Shown here piece by piece: positions 36,459 through 50,289 of a DNA stretch of 64,000 nt. Every line of letters starts with the position of its first letter. The first letter of the stretch is position 1. Both the position numbers and the translations under genes were made by a program. The stretch covers positions 12,824-76,823 of the forward strand of contig DF237390.1 in assembly GCA_000708835.1 (NCBI GenBank). Direction: 5' to 3'. The notes beneath the pieces were generated by a model. The model had not been told where the DNA came from. It was given only the letters and a program-made list of their open reading frames with translations, and did not search any database. The DNA is from Klebsormidium nitens (Eukaryota; Plantae; Klebsormidiophyceae).

Positions 36459-36821
36459 GCTTGGAGCAGGGGGGGCTTAGCAATTGGGGCTCAGATCCAT
36501 ATGAGTGGTCCTGCACGGCGATAGCAGGAGCTCTAGCCCATCCCTTCTCCGGCTCAGGCTGCATGCACCGGTACAGTGTCGACCTAGCAAGTCCGCAATC
36601 CCCACTGCGCAGTGCACTCCCCCTTAGATGAACCCGAACTTGAAGCCGTCCGATGAAGCCAAACTTTCCATCTTGCGGTCCATATTCGTCAAATTTGAGT
36701 CGGATGGCAACATAGGAAGTGGGCGCCTTTCTAGTTGCTAGCGTTGCTCTGGCTGAAGCAAGCAGGAATGGGCAGAGCCTCAGCATATACACGGTGTCGG
36801 TGCCGAAGGATCGTTGCGCGC

Positions 36822-38174
36822 ATGGCAAACAGCAAACAATTGTCCGCAGAGGGGCTGCTCTCCCTCCCGGGGGAGCTGCTTTGCAGGGTCTTTGCCCCCC
36901 TCTCGCAAGAAAATCTGAAGGCGCTGTCCCTGGTGAACAAAGCCAGCCTGCAGGCGGTCAAGTCAGCGTACCGAAATGTGGTTGTCAGAGCAGGGCGGCT
37001 CAGAAGCGGAAAGAAATGGAATCAGAAGGTGCTGGAACGGGTAGCGGCCCGCTATTCTGGGGCGCGACGCCTCAGTTTCACCACCCCTCATGGGGAAGTA
37101 GACCTGGAGGCGCTCGCTGCACTCATGCACAAAATGCAAGGCTTGGAGGATCTGGACGTGAGCAACCTGCGGGGGGTGCATTACGGCAACCTGTTCAGTG
37201 AGGGAACTCCCCCCCCGTACAAGAGGCTCAAAAGCCTGACGATTACGCAGCCTTTGTTGCCGTTTGATGCGCCCTCGAGGGATTCTGAAGGGGGGGAAGC
37301 AATGGCCAAAAAGCTAGGGCTACAGGTGTTCTCCTTAGCGGAAGCGCTCCCGCATCTCGAGTATCTCAGTATTGTGCGGCCTGGAGAACCTTCCTCTTAT
37401 GACGTTTTCTCATGGTTTAAAAGAAAGTGTGAGCATGGAGACGGGAGGGATAGAGATTCTGAGAAAGCCTTCTTCATGGAGCTTCGCGGATTCTCTCCCT
37501 TGATGGACTTTGCGTCGGGGTCAGCAGTGTTCTCGCATCTGAGGGAGATTTATCTTGAGCGGTGCATCATAGATGACTTTGTGAGCCTAGCCCAAAAGTG
37601 CCCTTCTCTGGTCTCCCTGTCCCTGACGAACGTTCGCCACAAGAAGGAGGTCTACTTCTGCGACTGCGCAATGCCCCAGTTGGAAAGGCTGAAGATCATC
37701 TCGTCCAGTCAACTTTCCGGTTGCCAAAAGCACGGAGCGAGCGAAGCCGGCTTGGAAGACTGCATAGAGTCACTAAAGTTCCCAAGATTGACAAGCATGT
37801 GCTTTAGACGGTCAATCCACAAGGGGTTCAAGGGCGTCGCAGACCAAATCACAGGTCTTGAGCTCAATCAATGCGATACGCTTGATGCTTTGAACGAGAT
37901 TTCACTCTGCAGGCAGCTTAGAAAGCTGCGTGTAGGGATCGTGTCCAGTGCAACATGGAGCAGTCAAACTCGCTTCTTGCAAACATTCCTAGAAATCCAG
38001 CAGAGCTGTCGAGATCTGCAAAGGGTCGAGGTCGACTTTCTGTCTTCAGCCCCGTCTGATTCGCTGCTGAGGGGATTGGCAGACACGTTCTCAGGACTTG
38101 TTCCATTCTTCTGTACGGTTCGGAGGAGGGAGGAGAGCAGCATCCTTGCAATAGGGCGGGGCAAGCCTGAGTGA
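36822..38174 (+). CDS. F-box / RNI-like LRR protein, single exon
   Basis: Uninterrupted ORF with an N-terminal F-box-like segment (LLSLPGELLCRVFAPL..LSLVNK) followed by degenerate LxxL repeats. The start is placed at the ATG at 36822. Confidence 0.8.
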   Translation: MANSKQLSAEGLLSLPGELLCRVFAPLSQENLKALSLVNKASLQAVKSAYRNVVVRAGRLRSGKKWNQKVLERVAARYSGARRLSFTTPHGEVDLEALAALMHKMQGLEDLDVSNLRGVHYGNLFSEGTPPPYKRLKSLTITQPLLPFDAPSRDSEGGEAMAKKLGLQVFSLAEALPHLEYLSIVRPGEPSSYDVFSWFKRKCEHGDGRDRDSEKAFFMELRGFSPLMDFASGSAVFSHLREIYLERCIIDDFVSLAQKCPSLVSLSLTNVRHKKEVYFCDCAMPQLERLKIISSSQLSGCQKHGASEAGLEDCIESLKFPRLTSMCFRRSIHKGFKGVADQITGLELNQCDTLDALNEISLCRQLRKLRVGIVSSATWSSQTRFLQTFLEIQQSCRDLQRVEVDFLSSAPSDSLLRGLADTFSGLVPFFCTVRRREESSILAIGRGKPE

Positions 38175-39081
38175 AACAACCTCGTGAGTTAACCGTGACC
38201 ACTACCCTCAGAGCTTCCAATCCGGCTTGATTGAGGCCCCGTTTTGTAAGGATCATTGCAGTGACTCGAATATTTGTACTCACTGCAGTCACTCACTGTT
38301 GGGCGGTTTGACCCTGATACTCATAGATCATGACTTTAGAGTAGCTTGAATCGCATGATGCATGTAGAGTCATGGCTCTAATTTGCAACTCATGCCGCTG
38401 AACGTTCTGCTCATGGATTATACATATGTTTCGACATTGAACAACGTAATCAGTGCCATCCATAGCAAGCTTCAATTGCCAACGGTGTATACAAGACATG
38501 CTTGAGGTCGGATGTCCATATGAAAGGTGTCGAGCTGGCCATGCTCGTTTAATACATATGGTCGCAACACAGCGTCGAAAACTGAAACGATCGTACGTGC
38601 GCACGAGGGCCGCTGTAATGTTGCAATTTCAATGCATGCGCGCCGCACATGCACAATTGTCGACCGATGGTTGCACCCGGCCTCTCACATATGTATACGA
38701 CGTACGCATATTGATAGTTGAACTCTGGCCTGCCAATCCGGCATTTGCAATCACATATGTTTATCGTATACTCCGACACCAATGTCTGCATTTATAGGTC
38801 CGGCTTTGCGCTGTACGGGCAGCAACATTGCCCCTGCCCTCAGACCGTCCGGTCGCGGTCTCCTGAACGACGATACTTGTACAAGGGTGCACATGACTCG
38901 CTACAGCAGCTCTACGCTTCGCAATCACTTATGATGCTCCAAGTTGCTCCCAATGAGCTCTTGCATGGCATGAACAAATGTACCAGAGCGTGCCTGCAAC
39001 GTTCCGTTTAATTCGCATGGTCACCTGCCGCTGCCTTGTCGAACGTTTCTTACCGCAAGGATTGTTGGCCCGGTACAAGCG

Positions 39082-42000
39082 TCACAAGCTGCCAAGCAAA
39101 ACGCTCCCGCTCGCGGCTGCCACTTGCGGCAGCTCCAATCGCCTGCACCAACATGTGGTTCACCCTTTTTACAGTTTGAAGAAAAACGCTCGTTCTAAGA
39201 ACCTCGCTAGAATAGGCGACTGTGCTTCTGACCATTTCCTACTTTGGTTCTGCCCTCCTGAGTGTCGAAGTCGTTTGGCTTGCGCCCAGTATGGTCTGAT
39301 CGGACCGGCAAGACTCTTGTCGTGCTCCAGCCAAGTAATCATTCTTAAGCCCTTAAGTCTAGGCCACCTCGGGCAAGGCGAGTATTGACGCCCGCCAACA
39401 AATGCTCACGGAAGATTTAAACGCAGAGTAGAGAGAAATCATATAAGGGATCGCGGCGACCTCACCCGTTCTTGAGGGTACACGCTGCGTCGCCGTTCAG
39501 TGCGTCCTTTAGCACGAGGCCATCCCACAAGCCGCATCTGCATAAAAGCGCCAACGCTTTTTCAGATGCAGATCGGCGCTGCCTTTTCCATCTGACGAGC
39601 TTCTGGTTTTGGCGCTCATCAACTCCGTTTTTCAACGGTTTAAGAAGCGCAAGTATCCTTGATGCTTTGAAGCAGCGACAAAGCTGAACGCTAGAGACAC
39701 TCAACAGGAGTACGAAATAGACATTGGAGGATTCGTCATACCAAGTCAAGGCCGAGGTCTCGAATGCAGGCATCAAATGTCTGCTGGGCTTGCGACGAGC
39801 TCTGGTGTCGATTTGGGATTACTTCTAGCTTCATACCGGCCTACCGGACACGCTCGTCGTTCATGTGAGGTATCTGGCTGGGAAAAAGCCCTTTGCTACG
39901 GATGCTCAAGAGAAAAGACGAACAAACAAAAGTTGATTAATTCCGATCCAAAAATCTGCAACCCAGATTGGCCGAGCAGCCCACCTGCTTAAGTCGATGG
40001 TGATGGACGCAGCGGATGCCGCGCAGTTGAGCACAACGATGGCCACCTGTGAGTCGGTCCTCCGCAAAAACCTGCAGATAACTCGATGATATACAGTTGG
40101 AACACCAGTCATAGAAGCTGAGTCAGGTGGAAGTTCGATTGGACGGGCCTACAGACTAGTTTCGCGTCGCAGGAAGCTCTATGCCGTTGCCCCTTCGTCT
40201 GAGACTAGAATATTTCCTATCTGCTTTTGCGACATGATCTGCCGAGGATTTTAAGGTGGAGCCGGGAAAAGAAGAAAGAAACAAAATCTGCCAGGTTCCT
40301 CGTTCAGCAAGGGCGACCACAACATCCAAATCAAAAGAAAGCAGAAAGTTGCAGCCATTGCAGTTGGGTAGAGCGAACTTCGGTGTACGCAATTGGGGTT
40401 GTATTTCATATAGACGGGGTTCAAATTCAAATATTCTAGACTGGACGACGTCTTTGTGCCTGAAACCTTTTTATGCTATCCTTTAACCCGTCTGTAAGCA
40501 AAATGGGTCCCCAAGAAAGCCCTGCAGCGACGCATGACACAGATGGAATGATAGGAGTCCATCTTGTAACGAGCTTGAGAAAGGACGTGTCTCATGGTTG
40601 ACGTCCGTTCAGCTTCCGGTCCACCCAATGTCCTGAGACTTTCTGAACGGTGAGCGTTTCTCAGCAGATAGCAAAGATGATCAGGACGAAGTCATGCTTA
40701 CGTCATGTGCGTGTTGCTGTTGCCAAGGAGCTGCATGCTTCCGTACATCAAAGCCGGGCTGCTTCGCCGCAATCGAACCTGCAGTTGAACAGTAAAGGAT
40801 GGCTTACAAAGCACGAAAAACGGCTTCGGAAGAATAAAGACTGGCTTAGAAGATTGAAAGATAGCTTACGAACACGCAGCCGGGAGTGCGCTCCACAAAT
40901 TGAAGCGTTTAACCTACTATTGTGACTTGCTCCAACAAGGGGCACCTCTGTGTTCTCCTCCAGGAGTCCGTTGCCCTGAAAGAATACGCTGCTTCGTTTC
41001 CAGTACTGAGAATGCAACCTCACTTTATCACAGTAATCAGCTTAGACATCCCGCCAGTTAACCCGCCCTCCACCTCTCCTAACTATTCTCTCAACTCCAT
41101 TTCAGGGAAAACCAAGCGGTTACACAAACTTTTGCGAGCCATAATTTGGCACCATGGTCCTGAACCCCTTCCCCCGGGCCAAGGAGACGGCTTCGGTGCA
41201 ACTTAACCCAACATATCAGTCTCAGAATAGCATCTCAGTGAACTTAAAAGCACGAGGATGAAAGCGTATTTGGAATTGGTCAGAATCGGGTCACTTCTCA
41301 CATCAAAAAAGCATTGTTTCGTTCCCACTCCACTTTCTCCGACGAACATTTTCCTACGTTTTAGGCCCTTCTCACCAGCTGCGCCGTCTGTTGGAATTTC
41401 CGGTCGTTCTCAGGGGTGTGGTCAAAGGCGAGCGGCATCCGCATGGCGGTGTCCCCACGAGGGCCGCCGGGCTCGCCCTTCATCCCCGCCTCATCGCCTG
41501 GCAAACTCCGCAGTCAGAGTCAAGGGGCCTTCTGTGATTGCATCTCTACTTTTTCTCTTGCTTTGCTCATGAAGAAACGCAATGAGGGTCAAGAGGCGTT
41601 TTGAGATTGCCTCTCTCCTTTTGCCCTTAGTTTGCTTTCAAGTTTCCATGGTTGAGTAGCCAATTCAAACGCTCAGCTTCCGCGTGAGAGAGGCTCTGTG
41701 CCAAAGAACTGCTAAGGGTAATGGTCGGTGGGCTGCCGTTAGATTTACTTCCAGAAGTTCGCATCGCATCGGCTTGGGCGGGCCGCTCGTGACTATCGTG
41801 TGATGTTTGGGAGAAAGTGTGTGGCCTTTGCACCGTTTCTGAGTCTGACCTCGTGCTGATTCTCTTTTTCTGTCCCTACAAAGTTTTCGACTAGATGGTC
41901 ACCAGCAAAAGCCGCCATAAGGGTGCAGCACGGGCCCCGTTCCCGGTTGGATGACCCACCGGCGCTTTCAAGTGTCGTGCAAAAGGTAAACCCCAAAAGC

Positions 42001-45000
42001 TTTGCGCACGCATTGCTTGCACATAAGCCAACCTATCCAAGAGCGGGAGCGTACCGTAATAGAGGCAGGGGACGCCTCGCATGGTGAGCAAGAAGAGCAT
42101 GGCCACAAAGAAATGCTCCGGGGTCTTGAGCTGCAAAATGGAGGAGGCAGAAAATCAACAATGGTGGTCGTAGCAATCTGCACCTACGAGGAGAACATTC
42201 CGGCTGTCCGTGACTACCCTCCTGAATGCCATGACTGAATATCATAGTCCGATGCCGGCACAATAATAAGCTCCGGCCGGAGCGTTCCCGGTCGTAGCCA
42301 TAACTATTTGAAAGCTGTCCGCGCATGCGCCTCAAATCACAGCACCAGAACCGCCGCAACCCCCAGAATAAAGGCACCTTGCCGTCGCTTCCAGTTTCCT
42401 ACATCGTTTCGAGGCCCTTTGCATCGTTTCTCTGGAGATAGAAACGATGCATTGAAACTCTTCCCCAGGCTCGTTGTTTTGGCTGAAGCCCTAACAGCCA
42501 GAATTGCATCAGTATCGAGTTCAGAGCGGAGTGTGTATCGCAGCCAAAATAGAACCGGCCGTCCGAAAGACGCACCTTGGACGCAAGGCGCGGCACGTCG
42601 TGGTTGCCGACGAAGTTGAGCAGGGCGTCCAGAGAGCCGTACATGTCCAGCTCCTGCGGAGGACGCAAGCGTGACGTCAGCAGTGCATGATTAGTGACGA
42701 CAGGTGCGGAGATGCTGACGTCAGTTGGAGTGAATTACCCTCGAGATGGCATTGCCATGATGCCAGCCCGTGGGAAGTCCTATGAACTAATGGATGGCAT
42801 GCCTCTAGAAATGATCCTGAAATCCTGAACACATCTCCAGCAAATCAAGCGGAACGAGATAAGAAGCCGTTCGCTGTTTCATCAAACAGACCCGAAGAAT
42901 CTTTGGCGCAGTGCTTAAGACATTTCTGTGCCACAACATCTGCGAAGAAGGAACCGGAACTCTTCGTAGAAGCCTTTCCTAATCGCAGAAGGCTGAGTGG
43001 TGACCCAGAACGGGTAGCGTTTCAAAGACTCGTCACTTCAATATTCAATACATAATGGGCAACTGAAGCGGATGCTTTCGTTTCCCCAAAAGAAAGCCCT
43101 CTCTCCCGAGCCGCTTGCTTGAGTTGCTTACCCGTTGCACGCAGTGCGCCAGCTCGAAGTAGTTGGCGTCGTTCAGGCTGCTCCAGATGGCCTGCATCAA
43201 GCGAGATCAGGGTTTATGATCATCGGACAATTCGTCGAGTCCTTTTGTATTTCCCGAAATCTTTGATGGCAAAGCACTTGCTATTGCGTATACGACAGAT
43301 CAAGGATCATCTTTTTGGCGGCAAGTCTAAAGCGCGTCCTTGATTGTGTTAGCATCCATACCAAAGCCTGCTGTGGTTGATCCGAGTTCGTACGCAAAAA
43401 TGATGCTTAGGTTCCAGTGATATACTTGAAAAAAGTGCTCGATTCTGTCGCGTACGACAGAGTTGGCTGAAAAGACAAGAACAGGAGAATGGGAGAGTGG
43501 AAGAGCGCCTGGTGAAAGTCTGGCAGAACGAGAAGGAATCAAACTGCCAAGACAGTCTAGCGTGTATGAGAGAAGATAGAAGTCGGCAGATCGCCTCACC
43601 TTGGAGAGCTGGTAATTCGTACACGTGTCGAGAAGGCCGGGACCCACCCACTTGTGGTAGTCGCCTGTGTAGGAAAAGGCAGACTTCAATTTCGTACCGG
43701 TACAGACGCTCGCAACGCCATTCGGCGGTTCAGCAAGCGACTTCCTTTTTCCGGTTGATAACGCTTCCAGTCGTCGGACCATTCATGCATTGACCGGGAA
43801 TTCCCCTCTGCCCTTGCACAACACTGAAGGCTTTCAAGGAGTCCCTGCCTTCCTCGAGCATCATACACAAAGAATGTCGCTTTAATTCCGCTAAGGCACT
43901 TCGCAGCGCTTCCAAGGCCCGAATTCGTACGGCGAGAAATGCAGCGGACCAAGCTACCTTTTGAGCAAGTCAAGCTGGTGCAAAACAAAATTTAGCGACT
44001 CTCAACCCCTTCTTTCATTCACTATTTGGGAGAGCGCACTGCCTCTTCTCCAAGCCCTGAAAACACCGAACCACCACTGTCCGGGAACTCGTTTTCGCAG
44101 ATAAGAATCACCGAACAGTGTACCAGATTTTCGAATCAACGCCGGGCTAAGGGATGCTTACCATGGATGATCTCGCCCAAAGTGATCGAGTCCGCCCGTG
44201 CTTTCTGCACGCAATGAATTGTCTAACTTTTGCTTTTGATTGTTCCCTTCGATGAAACCGCTTCCCGACAATCCTGAATCGAACCTCTCATATGTGGAGT
44301 TTTATATGCTCCACACCGAGTTTGGGAGTGAGCTCTCAAACCAACCCCATATATGCCCCAGCAGTTTTCTGTCTTGATGCTGTCTCGTATCACGTACGGA
44401 ACGATGCTGCTCTTTGAAGAAGTCAAGAGTCGTTTGCTGGGTCGGATCGACAAGCCGGATGTCAGAGCACCGCGAAAAAAAACCTTCGTTATGTTAGAAA
44501 AGCCGGCACAGCAGGCAAGACAACGAGCAGGTAGATACAACGGAGGGGAACAGAATCATATGTTCTCAAGAAGAGACTTTGCCGGTCTTATCCTCCGACA
44601 TCCCCGCCCGTATCCGCGCCTCTCTAGTAGGATCCGGTGTCCAAGTCCAGACCGGAAACTAGAGGTTTGACAGTCAAGAAGCGTTGCTTAAAGGTGTGAG
44701 TATGAACTGCAATCTGCTTCTCTCAAACGAAGAAGGGTAAGACCAGATCGTTCCGCTTCGGGTTCCGCTGCAGACCTTGCACACCGGCCGGAATGCCGCC
44801 CAGAACTCCGGCTCAATCTCGTGGGCCACGTCCAGCCGCCAGCCGTCGATGCCGACCTTGCCGAGCCAGAAGCGCGCGACAGAAAAGATGTGCTCGCGCA
44901 CCTGAAAAAAAAGTCCGCATGATGAGGGCGCACTGCGAAGAAACCTTCTGCAAATAGGCATTTTCGCGCCATATTGACGTTCGCTGACTTTAGCTGTCTT

Positions 45001-48000
45001 CCAAAGTTGGTGCGCGGATGGCCTTCTCATGCAAATCCTCGTTCATCCGGTGTGAGCTACAAAAGGTGCGCACGACGCGCAGCCTCGGCATTGTGGTGGA
45101 AGAAACCCAAGTCGTGTAGGAGGGCGGTTACTCGCTCTGTTGATCCAACAAGGTTTCGACTGTGACTTTGCGAGCCGTAAAATCAGGGTGGCAGGTCCTC
45201 CTAGCTTCTTGAGTCACTCACCTGCTGGTGCATTTCACAAAAGACTGACCCTCCTTTAGACGGTGATAGATCTTAGTGTCGTTCCAGAGTCCAATGACAC
45301 AGCGACTTACATCATTGTTCTTCAAGTTGAGACGGGGAAGCGCGGCGTGCCCTTCCCAGGCGTCGTAAGCAAACGGGTCGCCGAGAGGGGACTTGCCCGG
45401 TCTCACTCGGTACCTGAAGCAACGAAGGACATAAGCTTTGCGCCGAACATATGACGCTTTGCAAATAATAAGCCCACAAAAAGCGAAAGAGGGGCCATAA
45501 CAATCGCACGATCGGGGGCTGTCGGGCGATGGGGGCTACTTCGAGCTCCGAGTTGGTGCTCGATGCCAACCACAAAACGGGACCCTAAAGCTTGCTGGCG
45601 AGCTTTTGAGAATTTATCAAAGAGGGTCGGCAGGTCCTTAACTCCTCTAGCAACGGTGCGTGATGACTGTCCGCTGCTTGTCTAGATCAAGCTGCTGATG
45701 TCAACCCTATCCGTGCTGCTTCTGAGCATTGCGGTTCCGCAAGAAACAAGCAGGTTGCTTTTTTTCAAAAAAGCGACCTACACACCCGAATCAACAAATA
45801 CTTGGCCGGCAGAAGCATTCTCGTCCGATAAGATAAGAAAATATCAACGTGTTTTCAGTTTGCAGCTGTTGGAATCGATTCGACGCTACGCTCTTGATGG
45901 TGGTATAAACATGTGGGGAGCACATATGTAGCGATTCAGTGAAGACGGAATAAAGCAACTGCCAGGACTGAAGTGTCACCCGGTTCATAAAACCGGTGAT
46001 TGGCCTCCAAAGGCTCGCGCCCGTGAACGCTTGTCTCAAGGCGTTTCTCGTAACCCCTCAAAGGAAGGCAGAAAAAGATGAGAAGCAATTTCCAGCTTAC
46101 CAGTCTGCATACTGGCTGTTCGTTCCCTTTTTCAGCAGGTCCTCAAATGCGAAGAACCTTCGTCCCGTGTGATTGAACACGCCGTCAACAATCACTCGGA
46201 TGCCCCGGGCGTGGAGATCGTCCACTACCTGCTTGAAAAGGGCGACCTGCACAGGAGTGCGGAGCTCTACGTCAATAACCAGACAATTACGATTCTTTGC
46301 GTCCAACCGGCCATCGGGTTTCACTGCTCCGACCATGGTTTCTGATCGTGAACCCTGCGATCGACGACAAGGAAGGCATCGGACGGCCCAAGATTAGGAC
46401 CGGGCTCATAGAGTCTGGAATCCGATGGCAAGTCTTACGCAAACAGCTGTAATCTTTCTGCAGAGCAATCCGGGTCTGTCGCTCCTCGTTCCAGGCAGGG
46501 CTTATTCTTCCATCCGGTCGTGGTTTAAACCCTACCTTGAGCCCTCAACCTGTGAAAGGTTCATTGGTTTCGCGTTCCAAGTCAACATGACGTTTTGTCG
46601 CTGACTCATCACCGAAGCTGTGAACCAGGAATTTAAGAATCACAGGAGTTTGCGTGTTCCAAGAGGTTGATTATGTCGCCACGTCAACACGTCCGCAGAT
46701 CTTGCTGTTCAAAAAGCGGACGACTGTACGGTACGAGTGAGCAGAATCCAACAGCACGCGGATCCTAGATCGTTGCTAGAACTTACGTCTCCCAGTCGCC
46801 TGTCGATCTTGAAGTAGTCCGCAGTGTCGTAGCCATGGGTGCTGCTCTCAAAGAGCGGCCCTGCGCAAGGATAGACAAGCTGGATTTGGACTCATCTGCG
46901 ACATTGGGCACATGGAGATGGATGTACTGAAACCTGCACACTCGCGGAGCAACTCTGAGCTGCATAATCCGACAAAAAGCTGAGGGAGACGTTTCAGGAT
47001 AATTGTCTCGTTCCTTTCTCAACTACGGTCTGAAAGCTAGCAGCTACCGAGTTACTTCGTTTACTTTGAGAAGCTACCTCTACCGACCGCACGACTATCT
47101 TAGTCGGCCCTTTAAGCCTGGTTCACTAAAAGCATGGTGAAAAAAGGCTGTTGAATTCCGTTTGGACTGAAGTCAAACCACTTCTCTCGAGTTTCTAAGT
47201 GAATGTCTCGCTCACATGTTGCAAACACAACCGAGATGGCATGCACAAACTCGCCTTAAGAACCATTTTTTGGGGTAAGACAAATGTTCCAAAAGATAAA
47301 AAAGAAGGCCTAGCTTACCGAAGTAGACGGTGTTGACTCCAAGCTCTTCGAGGTGCGGATACCTGAGATGCAAGCGGATGCTCCGGTCAACGGAACGAAA
47401 AGTCTAGTACTTTTGACGACTTTTTGAGCGTGCCTAACGTGCCTTCGTTGAAAGGAACGATCGTTGACTTCCCTTCCCAGATACATAGTTGGGAGGATAG
47501 CAAAGAAGAACGCACAACTTTCGTCAGGAGAGAGTAGAGGCAAAAGGTTGTATTCTTGCCACAGCAAAACCCAGAACAAACTCACCATTGCGCAAGCTCT
47601 TGCAACTTGTTCCCAACTGGACCAGTGCCGTCGTTCGGCTCGTCCTCAACTCCTGCAAAAGAGGATGACGATAAGTAAACTTAAGCCGTCTCCAGAAGGC
47701 AGGGGTGAACTTGAAAGGCCGTGATCCGGGGCAAGACAGCCGCATGCATTCTCGAAATTTGGAACATTTTGCCTATTGTTTCCAGAAGGTTTGTAAAGGA
47801 GCCCCTGCAGGAACGGGTTGATCAAATCTCCTAACTCAGGTGCTAAAGGTTTGCTCCTTTACACAAAGGAAGACTCCAGCGAAATCGTGAGAGCGTACTT
47901 CGACTCAAAAAACTGACCAACAGACATCTGTAAGAAAGGAAGGGAAGATGACGCACCAAAGAAGCCTAGCGTCTGGATATGGTAGACGACCGACTCCCTG

Positions 48001-49622
48001 AACCATGACGGAATGCCTGTCTCGATCTCTGTGCTGCTCTGGCCCCCAGTGTCCGTCTTCTTTCGCACGGAGGTTTTGGGAGGTGATTGTTTCGGGGCGG
48101 AGGCCACAGGCTTTGAGCGTTTCGGGGATCGCTTCTGGCGTGTTGAGACTTTAGTTTGCTCAGGAAGCTCAGGCTTTGTCGAAGGCTCGTCATGATTGGG
48201 TGTACTTGTTGACGGTGGCTCCCATTCGATTTCGACAACGTGAGAGTCTGTAAGATGAGAGAAGTGGAAACATTATTAGTAGTTTGACCATTGCCGAATC
48301 CTTCCCAGCAGAATACAATGTGCAAGGGTTACTAAGACCTCCCCGCTTCTAGATGTATGTGTACAGGACTGCTAGAAGGCTCCATTGGCCCCAGGTCGCG
48401 GATGGCGTTTGACGAAGGAGGCTGCCTGTGCTTGAAAGTTAGGGTCTGCTTCGGCAAAGCACATGGCAGATGCAGTGTAAGTGCGAGACCTTGGCGCACC
48501 TTGGCTGCTGGGAACATGGAGCATCTGGTTGCTTCCTTCTTGCCAAATGACGCTGTCGCCAGTGCGCTTGCGTGCGTGGTCCAACAGAATGACCTTGTAT
48601 TCCACAACCTGATCTGCAAACAAGCACAGACTTTCATAACCACTTCATTGAGTTAGCTCCACTGGATCCTCTATGCGACGGTTTTGCACGGGACTGCAGA
48701 TACTGAAAAGGCATTCAAACGTTCTGCAGTCTCGGCGCAGGTTTCAGATAGATTGAAAGATAATCGTGAAAATAGTTGGGGTACAACAGATAGTGCGCGT
48801 ACCTGTTGGCAAGTTCAGTTCCGCTCGCCACCAGTGATCTTCGGTCCATTTCAGCATGGGAGCCCGGTTGATGTCCCAATTTCCCAGCTGTTCTGCGGAA
48901 CCAACAACTTTCACCTCCTGCAGTCAGCAAGTGAGTTGCTCAAAGCAAGCAAGGCTGGTGAATGCGACGAAACAAGAATAGGTGTTTTTCAAGCTCTTCG
49001 TAGCACCAACATCAACAAGCAATGCAACATCTTTTTGGTGCTGAAATGCATATTGAAGCCTAACATGCTGATGGATAACCCACACGCTAGCATATAAGCT
49101 GCAACGCCTGACGAAAAGCCAAGTGATGGCAGGACACAGACTGGACCAAGACTCGGTCTGGAAGCTGACAACGATGAGACAATTGACACTTGCCTCGCCA
49201 AAATTTGTTGGTGTCCGCACATTGAAGCGAACGGCTGCCGCTCTACAACCTGGTTGATGGAGTGGCGGCACCGTGACACCTTCGTAATACTTTGTGTACA
49301 GTGGTGTACCCATCATCTGTCGGTTGAAGCAGTTTTTGGCAGACTCCGTCACGCCGTATTTCCACCGTGCTCCTGATGGCAGTAGAGGCAAGCGATGGCT
49401 GCAGGTTTGCCAGACACAGTCTATTGGCGTGCAAACATGCAGAGATCTTGCAGATTGTCTACTATGAACTGTTGCCAAACTCTGTGCACGTTCTCTTAGA
49501 ACAGCGTTTCTGCAGCAGGTCGAGAAAGAATCGGCGCTGCTTGGAGAAGGACTGTTGACAGCTACCCCAGCATGTTTTAGCGGCATCGTCTGCAGAGATG
49601 GCCAGACACCAGTGGCCTGCAT
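39082..49622 (-). CDS. CBM20 + GH13 alpha-amylase family enzyme (neopullulanase/cyclomaltodextrinase-like), probably plastid-targeted
   Basis: Twenty phase-consistent exons: 49622-49194, 48917-48803, 48613-48500, 48247-47957, 47652-47586, 47362-47319, 46860-46787, 46246-46101, 45413-45311, 44901-44776, 44204-44162, 43664-43600, 43191-43132, 42653-42576, 42130-42055, 41497-41376, 40778-40702, 40071-39985, 39537-39466, 39142-39082. CBM20 motifs VVGSAEQLGNWD and WQEGSN. GH13 regions DGVFNH, GWRLDVAHE, GEIIHG, FVGNHD, GVPCLYYGDE. Confidence 0.93.
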
Positions 49623-50289
49623 CCTGCTGCCCTCTTAAAATTGCATCCGGTCAGTGGAAGCACTCGGTTCTTTTTCGTGAGTTTCGCTGTTCTGCAAACT
49701 TTCGAACCAAGGCACAAGCCAAGCGAGGTTTCTCCCCCTTCCAAATGTACTAACTAGATTTGATCAGGTTTTCTTGCTGCCAGTGCAGTAGGCAACGAGC
49801 TTCTCTACGACTCCGAGTTTTTTTGGAAGAAAATAAGCTCTCCTGCCACCATGCTGCCATTGCAATCCCACCTGTGCATGCAGAGCATTGCGAAGGAAGC
49901 CATGGCCGGAATCTTTGAGAATCTGCCCAGCCAATAAGAAGGATAGAACTTGACACGTGGTTGCCCCCATCCTTCATACCGACGTCACGACGTGACTTTG
50001 CTGACGTAAGGGTTCACAACGCGCCTGTTCCCACCTTGCAAGGGCAGGCTGTGGAGAGGCAGCCTCCAGCCTGTGCCATCATCCCGGTGTGTCCATCGTC
50101 GCATGTCACTCTTCTTTCCAACTTGAAGTTGAAGTTGAAGGCTGAAGCGCAGGATTTGTGCCACTGCAGAAGTCTGCAGGTGTGACTCTGCTCTGGACGC
50201 CATTGGCATTGGCATTGGCAGGAGGAGGCGAATTTGACTGGATCTGCTAAACCTGACATCCGGATCAGCTCCGTGGCGCAGCTTCGTGC

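Noticed and set aside
41700-45600. Possible ghost exon copies in amylase introns (about 41760-41790, 45540-45575) and further LRR introns (about 8960, 9820-9845, 10345-10375)
   Set aside because: The similarity is too weak to support by eye. They are worth including in a shuffle-controlled scan but are not claimed.
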